Shown here in pieces: positions 51,021-60,356 of a DNA stretch of 64,000 bases. The notes beneath the pieces were generated by a model. It saw only the letters and a program-made list of their open reading frames with translations. It was not told the DNA's origin and ran no database searches. The stretch's first letter is position 1. Every line of letters starts with the position of its first letter. This DNA is from Candidatus Zhuqueibacterota bacterium (GTDB lineage Bacteria; BS750m-G25): contig JADHWK010000007.1 in assembly GCA_016783505.1 (NCBI GenBank), forward strand, positions 1 to 64,000, read 5' to 3'. A program made the position numbers and the translations under genes.

Positions 51021-51024
51021 TAAT

Positions 51025-51591
51025 ATGTCATCTGATAAGCTTCAAGCAATCATTTCTGAATATCAAATGTTGAGAGAAGAGATCCAGCGGAGATCTACAG
51101 ATCAGATGCATTGTGTTGTAGCTTCTGTTCTCTCAATCGGAGTTTTAATATCTCTCATTGCACAAAATCCCACTAAATATTCACCCGTTCTTATTGTAAT
51201 TCCATGGATTTTAGCGGTTTTTGGAATAATTTGGTTGGATTGTAACTGCAGTATTTTCTTGCTAGGACAATATATAAGAGATGAAATTGAAGGGAAAAAA
51301 TTACCTGCATTGTTGGAATCTTCTGAGATTAACTGGATAGGATGGCAACATTATATTTATAAAAAACGTGAAAAGTGGAAATTTCCATCATATATCGTAT
51401 TTATTTTGCCATTCTTCTATTTTGTTATACCTTCCATCGTTTGTGTAATTGCTTATATAATTCTACGCTTATATGGTATTATTACGATGCCAAAAACAAT
51501 TGAATGGTGCTTTTTAGCAATTGGCATAATCTTTATTATAATATTATTATATAGTTGGTACAAATCATATGAAACCACAAAGGGAAGATAA
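51025..51591 (+). CDS. AT-rich 4-TM hypothetical membrane protein, cassette-like
   Basis: SD AGGAG, EYQMLREEI, two TM pairs; followed by attC-like sequence. Confidence 0.75.
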   Translation: MSSDKLQAIISEYQMLREEIQRRSTDQMHCVVASVLSIGVLISLIAQNPTKYSPVLIVIPWILAVFGIIWLDCNCSIFLLGQYIRDEIEGKKLPALLESSEINWIGWQHYIYKKREKWKFPSYIVFILPFFYFVIPSIVCVIAYIILRLYGIITMPKTIEWCFLAIGIIFIIILLYSWYKSYETTKGR

Positions 51592-51654
51592 AATAAAAAA
51601 GGTGATATAGAACAAATAGAGAGTTATGTCAAATGAGAGCAGCACGGCACAGGC

Positions 51655-51732
51655 GCATGACACAGCATAAAAGGTTCGTGCCTGATGGCAGTCACCTAAA
51701 TTTTTGCTTCGTAAAAACTTCTTTTATGCTGG
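51655..51732 (+). other. attC-like site truncated by the IS
   Basis: GCATGAC (degenerate R''), 11-bp IR CAGCATAAAAG/CTTTTATGCTG, inner TTTTTGCTTCGTAAAAA hairpin; R' missing where the IS end begins. Confidence 0.5.
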
Positions 51733-51759
51733 ATCTATAAAAAGGTAAAAGTCAAGAGA

Positions 51760-52065
51760 AAAAAATCCCTCTACGCCCTGCCCGTAGGGTCATGGAATTA
51801 GTGTCATCTCGAAATTAGTCGGGATAGGGCTCTGAAACAAAGCAAAGATTTCCGGCTCTTTGATAATCTTTTCAGGGGGAATGCTGCGAACAGATTGGGT
51901 TTTGCCAAGTCGACTGACCGTATATGTTACGAAGGGGTGTCATTCCCGCTTGCGCAGGATGACCATCAATCTATTCAACCTGCCGGAACGGTCTTGGGAA
52001 CTAAACGGTTATCGTATGTATACGGTCGGCCCGAACCCGATAATAAACGTTAGAACGTGCCTCTT
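51760..52065 (-). ncRNA. Candidate bridge/seek RNA of the IS1111 element
   Basis: ~300-nt structured non-coding right end (GACCGTATA/TATACGGTC stem, terminal hairpin plus T run); position matches IS1111 guide RNAs. Confidence 0.6.
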
Positions 52066-53122
52066 TCAGCCGTTATTCGCGCTGTTGTTCGTGATCCAGG
52101 CCGGCTTGATTTTAGTTCCCCGATACAGTTCATTGTTTCGCAGCATAAAGTACACGGCCTTAGCTAGTTTTCTGGCAGTGGCCACAATAGCCTTGCCGTG
52201 TCCTTTAGTGGCCTTTTTATACTCGTAATAGGCCTTCAGTCCCGGATCTTTTCGAATGGCAACGAGGGCAGCCTCAATAAATGCCGTTCTCAGATACTTA
52301 TTGGACTGTTTATTGATTTTTCCTTGATAGAGCTTATCTGCTGATCCCCGGGTGTTGACAGCCAATCCGGCGTATCGGAGAAGGCTCAATTCGTGGGAAT
52401 CGATGGACCTTTACAATCTCGGCGATGATTGTCGAAGCATGTACTACTCCAACCCCGTCAATCGAGTTCAGAAGCGGATAGAAGGGGTGGTTAAGGATAC
52501 GGTTTTTGATCATCTCATAGAGTTCGTCGATGAAAATGGAGAAGGTCTCGATGAGGTTAAGCTGCTTGGCGATGATCTTTCTGATGGGCTCGGGGAAATT
52601 CTGAGCTTCGATCCAGCGGATACCCTTGGAACCGAACACATATTTGTAGAGTCCTTGAAAATTGTACTTATCCAAGTAGGCACGGATGGTGTTTTTGAGG
52701 CTGGTGCGTAGGGTCACTAGCCGATATCGCTGGCGGTTGAGTTCCCGGAGGTGCCGGTACCAAATGTCAGGCACGTAACAGGTTGCAACCATTCCGGCTC
52801 TTGAAAGTTGAGCCAGCATAGCCGAGTCGTACTTGTCATTCTTAGCATGAACCGTTGCAATGGCTCGATTTAGAAAGGGGTTAGCCATTGTGAAGGGGAT
52901 TCTCTTGAGATTGAGATAATCAGCGAGCCAGAAGTAGTTTCGAGTAGCCTCGAAGGTCACATGGATGGGTTCAGCGAAGGAATCGAATAAGACATCCAGT
53001 TCCTCGGGCCGATTGGGGATCTGATGGGTTCCCAGTTTTTTGCCGTCAGAATCGACTACAGAAAGAACAGAGTTCTTTTTGTGCAGATCCAGACCGATTT
53101 GATATTGAATTGAAGAATCCAT
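52066..53122 (-). pseudogene. IS110 DEDD transposase/recombinase with a frameshift near 52395
   Basis: IGLDLHK, FEAT, KND..DS; C-domain YAGL......S, LRTAF.EAA, AIVATARKL in a different frame. Confidence 0.9.
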
Positions 53123-53249
53123 GTTGACCTCCTTTTGAGACTTGAGTTTATAACTAAGATACAAAATATTCTCTTTCGAGACTACCTTTTTATAATATAA
53201 ACTTTTTACGACATTCATAAATAGAAAACCCAAGGGGGGTGAGAGGATC

Positions 53250-55448
53250 ATGAAAAGGTTATTAATCGTTTCAAACAGGTTGCCAATTACTGTCGAAAAA
53301 AGGAAGGGTAATTTACTTTTTCGGCAGAGCACAGGAGGCCTGGCTACGGGACTAAGGTCATTCTATAGATCATATGACAGCATATGGATAGGATGGTCTG
53401 GAATTACATTAGATAAAATTAGTACCGAAGAAAAGAAGAGTATTGAAACAAAACTGATGTCTGAGTTTAACTGTTACCCGATTTTTCTCTCGCAAAATAA
53501 CATTGAAAAGCACTACCATGGTTTTTGCAACAAAACTATCTGGCCCCTTTTCCACAGTTTCACCCAATATGCAGTTTACGAAAAGGGTTTATGGGAGTCT
53601 TACAGGCAGGCAAATAAACTTTTTTTTGATGCAATTATAGAAAAATCTGAGCCAGATGATATTATCTGGATACATGATTATCATTTAATGCTTCTTCCCA
53701 AACTTTTAAGAGAAAAATTATCGAATGCTTCAATAGGTTTTTTCCTCCATATACCCTTCCCAACCTTTGAAATATTTCGCCTACTTCCATGGCGTAAGGA
53801 AATTTTAGAAGGACTCTTAGGAGCAGATGTTATAGGTTTTCACACCTATGATTATGCACGACATTTCCTCAGTAGTGTGCAGCGTTTGTTAGGATACGAA
53901 TACAGTTGGGGTCAAATTACTGCCTATGATCGTATAATAAATACAGATGTATTTCCAATGGGAATAGACTATCAACTATTTTCAAAAGCTGCTCAGGATC
54001 CAGGAGTACAAAAAGAGGTGACGAAGTTTCGTAAAAAACTTAGCGATCGTAAAATAATTTTATCAATAGACCGCCTAGACTATACAAAAGGGATACCCCA
54101 ACGCTTAGAGGTTTTCGACAACTTTTTGAAAAAAAACCCAGAGTATAAGGAGAAGGTGAGTCTTATTTTGGTTGCAGTTCCTTCACGCACACAGGTAGAA
54201 CATTATAAGTTACTGAAAAAACAGGTAGATGAACTTATCGGCAAGATTAATGGAGAACATGGAACGATTGGGTGGGTTCCCGTCCTGTATCTCTACCGCT
54301 CTCTACCCTTTTCCAGCCTTGCTGCTTTGTACAGTATTGCTGATATTGCCATTGTCACCCCTCTAAGAGATGGTATGAATCTCATAGCAAAAGAATATAT
54401 CGCAACTAAGGCAGATGGAAAAGGGGTCTTGATATTAAGTGAAATGGCTGGAGCATCAAATGAGTTGGGTGAGGCAATCATAGTAAACCCTAACAACAGC
54501 AATGAGATGCTAGAGGCATTAGAAAAAGCCCTGATGATGCCGGAAAAGAAACAGATAGAACACAATAAGCCAATGCAAGAACGCCTCAAACGGTATAGTG
54601 TGGTGAGATGGGCAGAAGAGTTTATAGATAGATTGCTATACACCAAAAAACTTCAGAGTGAGATGTATACGAAGATGCTAACTTATGAAGTCAGATGGAA
54701 ATTGGTTAGCGATTATCGTAAAAGCAAGAGGCGGCTTTTACTATTTGATTATGATGGAACTCTTGTCCCTTTTTTTGGTAAACCTGAAGAGGCAAAACCC
54801 AGCAATGAGATTTTAAAATTACTCAAAAAACTCGCTGAAGATCAAAAAAATGAAGTGGTTCTCATAAGTGGACGTGACAAAGATACTTTAGAATCTTGGT
54901 TTGGCAACTTAAATCTGAGTCTTGTGGCTGAATATGGTGTGTGGCTAAAAGAATCTGTCCGTCCGCCAGGCGGGAAAGAGTGGGAATTAATAGAACCCCT
55001 GACTTCCGATTGGAAGGAAAAGATACGACCAATCCTTGAACTGCATGTAGATAGAACCCCTGGTTCTTTTATTGAAGAGAAAAATTTTTCCCTTGCCTGG
55101 CACTATCGAAAAGCCGATCTAGGATTAAGTTTAATGAGGGCAAGGGAGTTAATGGATAATCTCATAAATCTCACAGCCAATCTTAACCTTGAGGTTCTGG
55201 AGGGGAACAAAGTAATTGAAGTAAAGAATGCTGGTATAAACAAGAGCCGGGTTACGTTAAGATGGATTTCAAAGAAAAGTTGGGACTTTATCTTGGCGGT
55301 CGGTGACGATTGGACTGATGAAGATATTTTTGCTGTGTTACCGGATGAAGCTTATTCATTAAAAGTTGGTTTAACCCCTACGAAGGCAAAGTTCAATCTT
55401 AATTCAGTAATGGATGTAAGATTATTACTAAAAGATCTGGGGAGGTGA
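53250..55448 (+). CDS. otsAB: Bifunctional trehalose-6-phosphate synthase/phosphatase
   Basis: VSNRLP, GGLA, WIHDYHL, DRLDYTKG, DGMNL.AKE; HAD DYDGTL and GDD.TDE. Confidence 0.93.
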   Translation: MKRLLIVSNRLPITVEKRKGNLLFRQSTGGLATGLRSFYRSYDSIWIGWSGITLDKISTEEKKSIETKLMSEFNCYPIFLSQNNIEKHYHGFCNKTIWPLFHSFTQYAVYEKGLWESYRQANKLFFDAIIEKSEPDDIIWIHDYHLMLLPKLLREKLSNASIGFFLHIPFPTFEIFRLLPWRKEILEGLLGADVIGFHTYDYARHFLSSVQRLLGYEYSWGQITAYDRIINTDVFPMGIDYQLFSKAAQDPGVQKEVTKFRKKLSDRKIILSIDRLDYTKGIPQRLEVFDNFLKKNPEYKEKVSLILVAVPSRTQVEHYKLLKKQVDELIGKINGEHGTIGWVPVLYLYRSLPFSSLAALYSIADIAIVTPLRDGMNLIAKEYIATKADGKGVLILSEMAGASNELGEAIIVNPNNSNEMLEALEKALMMPEKKQIEHNKPMQERLKRYSVVRWAEEFIDRLLYTKKLQSEMYTKMLTYEVRWKLVSDYRKSKRRLLLFDYDGTLVPFFGKPEEAKPSNEILKLLKKLAEDQKNEVVLISGRDKDTLESWFGNLNLSLVAEYGVWLKESVRPPGGKEWELIEPLTSDWKEKIRPILELHVDRTPGSFIEEKNFSLAWHYRKADLGLSLMRARELMDNLINLTANLNLEVLEGNKVIEVKNAGINKSRVTLRWISKKSWDFILAVGDDWTDEDIFAVLPDEAYSLKVGLTPTKAKFNLNSVMDVRLLLKDLGR

Positions 55449-55452
55449 CAAA

Positions 55453-56661
55453 ATGCATAGTTTGGAAGATTATTATGAAATTGTAGGTGATAGGGTTATA
55501 TCTGAGATACACAAGAGGGCGAGAAGGCTTTTTGGAAAGCATATATTACACGTTAATTCTACATATCAGGGCGGCGGTGTTGCCGAAATGCTGGCATCCC
55601 TTGTGCCTCTCATGAATGACGTAGGGATTGACACCGGCTGGAGAATATTCCATGGAAACCCTGATTTTTTTACAATCACCAAAAAATTTCACAACGCACT
55701 TCAGGGCGATAAGATTAATTTGTCCGAGATAAAAAAACGCTTGTATTTCCTGGCCAATGAAGATTTTTCTGTCTATACACACTTAGATCACGATTATATA
55801 ATCATCCACGATCCACAACCCCTACCTTTAATAAAATATTATAAGAAAGGTCAGCCATGGATTTGGCGGTGCCATGTAGATTTATCGCATCCCAATAAAG
55901 AACTATGGGAATTTCTTACAAGGTTCATTCTTAAGTATGACATGATTATTATTTCAAACGAAAAATATAAGAGAGAAGGCCTACCGGTAGAACAAAGGAT
56001 TATTTATCCTGTTATCGATCCTCTATCTCCTAAAAATATGGAAATATCCGACACAACGATTTCAAAATATCTTAAAAAGTTTGGTGTTCCTACAGATAAA
56101 CCGATCATAACTCAGATATCGAGATTTGATAAGTGGAAAGATCCGGTAGGTGTAACAGAAGCATTTAAAATTGTTAAGAAACATGTAGATTGTAGATTAG
56201 TATTATGTGGAAGTATGGCCACCGATGACCCAGAAGGCTACCAGATTTATGAGAAGGTAAAAAGAAAGGTTGAAAAATTTATTGCCAATAACGATGTAAT
56301 TCTTATAACTACCGAGAACAACATTCTTGTAAACGCTTTACAGCGCAGTTCTGCAGTAATAATACAAAAGTCTATAAGGGAGGGCTTCGGGCTTACGGTA
56401 ACTGAGGCGCTTTGGAAGGCAAGACCTGTCGTGGCTTCAAATGTAGGGGGGATTCCTCTTCAAATAAAGGATGGAGAAAATGGATTTTTGCTTGATCCTT
56501 ACAACACAAAAGGTTTTGCTCAGATGATTGTTCAAATATTGCAAAATCCCAGACTGGCAGAGAAGATGGGTAAAGAAGGTAAGGAAATTGTCAGGAAAGA
56601 ATTTCTCATAACAAGGCTTTTGTCAGACTATTTAGATTTATTTAATGATATGGAAAAATGA
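55453..56661 (+). CDS. treT: Trehalose glycosyltransferring synthase (GT4)
   Basis: NSTYQGGGVAE, HDPQP, WRCH.D, SRFDKWKD, EGFGLTVTEALWK. Confidence 0.88.
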   Translation: MHSLEDYYEIVGDRVISEIHKRARRLFGKHILHVNSTYQGGGVAEMLASLVPLMNDVGIDTGWRIFHGNPDFFTITKKFHNALQGDKINLSEIKKRLYFLANEDFSVYTHLDHDYIIIHDPQPLPLIKYYKKGQPWIWRCHVDLSHPNKELWEFLTRFILKYDMIIISNEKYKREGLPVEQRIIYPVIDPLSPKNMEISDTTISKYLKKFGVPTDKPIITQISRFDKWKDPVGVTEAFKIVKKHVDCRLVLCGSMATDDPEGYQIYEKVKRKVEKFIANNDVILITTENNILVNALQRSSAVIIQKSIREGFGLTVTEALWKARPVVASNVGGIPLQIKDGENGFLLDPYNTKGFAQMIVQILQNPRLAEKMGKEGKEIVRKEFLITRLLSDYLDLFNDMEK

Positions 56662-56666
56662 ACGAC

Positions 56667-56746
56667 GTATAACAGTGGATAAGAGAGGAATCAAAGATTT
56701 CTCTAAATTGTCTTCTCTAACCTCTTTTATTCACAACCCGTTATAT
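56667..56746 (+). other. attC-like integron cassette recombination site
   Basis: GTATAAC ... GTGGATAAGAGAGG / CCTCTTTTATTCAC ... GTTATAT, 80 bp, starting 6 nt after the treT stop. Confidence 0.65.
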
Positions 56747-57354
56747 GAAATTGCGGTTCTTTAAATGCTTTTCAAAGGTAGTGGGGTTAAATAAGTAGAA
56801 GAGGCAAGCAAGAAATTTATGATATTTTACTCCCACCTCTCTTCTACTGTTTATACCAGTGTAAAGGACAGCGGTGTCCTATTAACTATACGTTATCTTT
56901 ATGAGCCTCGACGTCGTCGTAGCACCGAATAGGCAATCTGGGAAGATATTTTACAAGAGTTCTCCAAAGGTGCAGATATAGATTTCGCATATCCTACACA
57001 ACGGTTCTATAATAATCGACTCGAGGTAAAGGCTGGGATTAGACCTTTCTCCGGGGAAGAGAATACAAAAACATCCGGAAATAAGCCAAAGTAGCTCACA
57101 ATATAACTGTTAAGACGTCAGTCTTTTATAAAATCCTAAGGATTAAATCCAACGGATTAAACTGAAAAAATGAGAGGCATTCAGTCATTTTGAAAATACA
57201 CCCACTACTAGTTTGTGCTACAGTAGATGAAAACAATGGATTTATGTTATTCGGTCAGGCGCCCGATTGATTTCGATATTCGAATTTCGGATTTACTTAT
57301 GATTACCACAAAAACCCTGAAAGAGGGGAAATTTTAACCTAATGTCCTGAGCCA

Positions 57355-59106
57355 ATGAGCCGTTCAAGGATTCTTCACTTTGGGATCTGGCACTATCACC
57401 TGAAACCGGGGGGGGTGCGGACCGTCATCGAGAACACCCTAAAGGCGCTGACCTACCTAAATGATTACCACGGGGTGTCCGTGGAAATTTTCAGCGGGGA
57501 TGACAGGGGAGTAGAATTCGATAAGGATAGGGTGGAAGAAGGATCGAGGTCGGGGCTCTCCATCACCGTCAGGACCATCCGTATTCCTGAATTGAGTTAT
57601 TCTGACCGCCTCTACGAAAGCAGGGGACAACTTAAGGCCACCGCCAAGGGAATAAGGGATACTATGATAAGGAGTATGTCCCTGAATCACTGTGACCAGG
57701 ATAATCCCTATATTTTAAACTCCCATAATCTGGCCCTGGGAAAGAACCCTGCCGCCTCCTGGGCGTTGAAATTATTGGCGGAATGGGCTTTAGTCCATAA
57801 AAAACCCCTTTGGGTCCTTAATCAGGTCCATGATTTTGCCGAAAATAACCGCCCCGACCGCCTTCGGGTGCTGCAAAATTGTACGGGAACCAGGGATAAT
57901 CGGTTTGCCGCCGGACTGATCTATCCCAACCTGCCCGGGGTGCTTTACGCCGTTCTTACCAGGGCTGACCGGGATAATCTAATCCAGGTGGGACTGGACC
58001 CCCAAAGGCTTTTCGTCCTTCCTAATTCAATAAATATTCTGCCTTTTGAAAGTGGGCTTTCCCAGACGGAACTGGAAGTTAAAGGGGAACTCCTCCGCCG
58101 AATAAGCCGTTATGCCAGAGAACAGGACTTTGTCTTCGATCCAGAATCCCCCATTTTGCTCTCCCCCATGAAGATCATGCGCAGAAAAAACTCCCTGGAA
58201 TCGGTGTTGATTTTAATCCTCCTGAACGCCCTGGGAGAAGGATATCAGTTGCTGTTGTCTCTGGGCGCTCAGTCACCCCATGACTTAAAATACGGAAATC
58301 ACTTAAAGCAATTCATTAGGAAATATCGGTTGCCGATAACGGTTGGATTCGGGGACGAATTTATTCTGTCTGGCAAGCAGAGACTGGTGAGGAACGGCCG
58401 CATCCTTCAATTTTCCCTGTTTGACCTTTACGCAATTTCCACGGGTGTGATTACCACTTCGATTATGGAAGGATTCGGGCTGGGTTTTCTGGAGGGCTGG
58501 CTGTTGGGTCTTCCGGTGGTGGGCCGCAGGATCCCGGGGGTCATCGAGGAATTTGAGCGGGCCGGTTTGGATTTCGGTCATCTTTACGATAGGGTGGAGG
58601 TTAGGGTTGAATGGCTCGATGGGGGGCTTGCTGGGCTGATAGAGATATTTCGCCTGAAATTAAACAAGCAGCGGCGGCAGCAGGGCCTGGCCCCGTTAAT
58701 CCCGGCTGAGATTGAGAGGAGATTCCGGGCGAGAAAGATATTTATTTCAGCGGGGAGGAAATGCATTGACTTTACTGAATTGGATCCCCCCAAGCAGTTG
58801 GCACTTATGGCAAAGATTATGAAAAATAGGAGGCTTTTGGACGAATTGTTGTATCTGAACCAAAAGATTAAATCTATACCAGAGCTCGTGGGCGGCGGCT
58901 CAAGAAAGTTGATAAAAAGAAATCGAGAGGCTATAGTTAAAAATTACTCAACCCGAGCAAAAGCGAATAGGTTAAAGCAGATTATTCGCCAGGGTAATAA
59001 ATTGTACCGAGAACCTATGGAAGCCAGGCAGGCACAAAAGGAAATTTCCAACCGGGGGCTCATCGAAAAATACCTTTCTGTTGAGCAAATAAACCTTTTA
59101 TATTAA
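57355..59106 (+). CDS. GT-B glycosyltransferase (MggA-like)
   Basis: HYHL.PGGV..VI, HNL.LGKN, HDFAE..RP, RRKN..E, EGFGLGFLE.W. Confidence 0.75.
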   Translation: MSRSRILHFGIWHYHLKPGGVRTVIENTLKALTYLNDYHGVSVEIFSGDDRGVEFDKDRVEEGSRSGLSITVRTIRIPELSYSDRLYESRGQLKATAKGIRDTMIRSMSLNHCDQDNPYILNSHNLALGKNPAASWALKLLAEWALVHKKPLWVLNQVHDFAENNRPDRLRVLQNCTGTRDNRFAAGLIYPNLPGVLYAVLTRADRDNLIQVGLDPQRLFVLPNSINILPFESGLSQTELEVKGELLRRISRYAREQDFVFDPESPILLSPMKIMRRKNSLESVLILILLNALGEGYQLLLSLGAQSPHDLKYGNHLKQFIRKYRLPITVGFGDEFILSGKQRLVRNGRILQFSLFDLYAISTGVITTSIMEGFGLGFLEGWLLGLPVVGRRIPGVIEEFERAGLDFGHLYDRVEVRVEWLDGGLAGLIEIFRLKLNKQRRQQGLAPLIPAEIERRFRARKIFISAGRKCIDFTELDPPKQLALMAKIMKNRRLLDELLYLNQKIKSIPELVGGGSRKLIKRNREAIVKNYSTRAKANRLKQIIRQGNKLYREPMEARQAQKEISNRGLIEKYLSVEQINLLY

Positions 59107-59120
59107 CAGGAGATACCTAA

Positions 59121-60344
59121 ATGGGTGATTTCTATCAACACGGGGTGGTGGCCACCCTGCATCGGTTGGGCAGGCAGAAGTTGGAGGAATTGGAGAAAAA
59201 GCTGATGAAACTTTCCGAGCGCCGTGCTATAGTCCTGATTCTTCCGATCATCCCAAGGGATCTTGAGGCTGAGCCGTTTATGAAGATCGTCGAGGAATTA
59301 AGAGGGGCTAATTATCTCCATGAGATTGTGATTGCCCTGGGGAGGACGACCCAAAAGGAGCATTTTATTGAAGCCAAGAAGAAAGTTTCGGATTTGCCCC
59401 AGAAGGTCACTATTCTCTGGACCAGCGGGTCGAGGCTGGATGATCTCTATCACCTCCTAAAGATTAACCACTTAGAAGTGGGACCCGATGGGAAGGGACG
59501 GTCTACCTGGGTGGCTTACGGCTACGTTCTGTCTAAAGATGAATGCGGTATAATCGTCCAACATGACTGCGACATCGTGAATTACAACAGGGAGCTTTTG
59601 GCCCGGCTTTGCTATCCGCTGGTTAACCAGGACCTGGATTTCAAGTTTTGCAAGGGTTATTATCCCCGGGTCACCGACCGCTTTTACGGAAGGGTTACCC
59701 GGCTATTTGTTACCCCTTTGATCAGGTCATTGATGAAGATGGTTGGATACCATCCGTTTTTAGTTTACTTGGATAACTTCCGTTATCCCCTCTCCGGGGA
59801 GTTCTCAATGACCGTAGATCTGGCCCGCACCAACCGGGTGCCCGGGGACTGGGGGTTGGAAATCGGAACATTGGCGGAAATTTATCGCAACTGCCATCTG
59901 AAGCGGGTCTGTCAGGTTGATCTCGCCGATACCTATGAGCATAAACATCAGCCCCTGTCTAATCATGACCCGAGCAAAGGATTGATGAAGATGAGCATTG
60001 ACATAGGGAAGGTCTTTTTCCGAACCCTCAGTAGCGAGGGTGTGATATTTACCGATGAATTCTTTAAAAACCTGACCGCCGCTTTCCTGCGCACGGCTCA
60101 GGACACCCTGAAGCAATACGAGGCCGATGCCGCCATCAATGGGCTCTATTTCGACCGGCATCAGGAAGGGCAGGCGGTAGAAACCTTTACTAGAAGTATC
60201 CAGTTCGCCAGTGAGGAATTTTTAAAGGACCCGCTAGGGGTGCCCCAGATCCCCAACTGGAGCCGGGTAATATCGGCGATTCCTGAGATTTTATACCTTC
60301 TGGCAGATGCCGTAGAAGAGGATAGTAGGAAAATCAGAGCGTGA
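59121..60344 (+). CDS. gpgS: Glucosyl-3-phosphoglycerate synthase-like GT-A enzyme
   Basis: DFYQ.G..ATLH, GKG, HDCD, GRVTRL, YPLSGEF, WGLE.G, YEHKHQ. Confidence 0.75.
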   Translation: MGDFYQHGVVATLHRLGRQKLEELEKKLMKLSERRAIVLILPIIPRDLEAEPFMKIVEELRGANYLHEIVIALGRTTQKEHFIEAKKKVSDLPQKVTILWTSGSRLDDLYHLLKINHLEVGPDGKGRSTWVAYGYVLSKDECGIIVQHDCDIVNYNRELLARLCYPLVNQDLDFKFCKGYYPRVTDRFYGRVTRLFVTPLIRSLMKMVGYHPFLVYLDNFRYPLSGEFSMTVDLARTNRVPGDWGLEIGTLAEIYRNCHLKRVCQVDLADTYEHKHQPLSNHDPSKGLMKMSIDIGKVFFRTLSSEGVIFTDEFFKNLTAAFLRTAQDTLKQYEADAAINGLYFDRHQEGQAVETFTRSIQFASEEFLKDPLGVPQIPNWSRVISAIPEILYLLADAVEEDSRKIRA

Positions 60345-60356
60345 GGAGGAAAAACG

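Larger units (their letters stand above)
51733..53201 (-). mobile_element. IS110-family (IS1111 group) insertion sequence
   Basis: Perfect 12-bp sub-terminal IRs TATAAAAAGGTA (51736-51747) and TACCTTTTTATA (53183-53194); long non-coding 3' end; TTGACT just inside right end; exact ends +/- a few nt. Confidence 0.88.

Noticed and set aside
51860-52228. 122-aa + strand ORF
   Set aside because: Antisense to the transposase 3' end and the IS non-coding end
52380-52400. Programmed frameshift in the IS110 transposase
   Set aside because: No slippery A-run at the break and IS110 enzymes are single ORFs; a mutation or sequencing error is more likely
53123-53332. N-terminal extension of the transposase ORF
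   Set aside because: It overlaps otsAB and the IS end; the SD-preceded ATG at 53122 is the likely start
14911-57270. CRISPR array
   Set aside because: Repeats are dispersed or nested, with no regular repeat-spacer period and no cas genes
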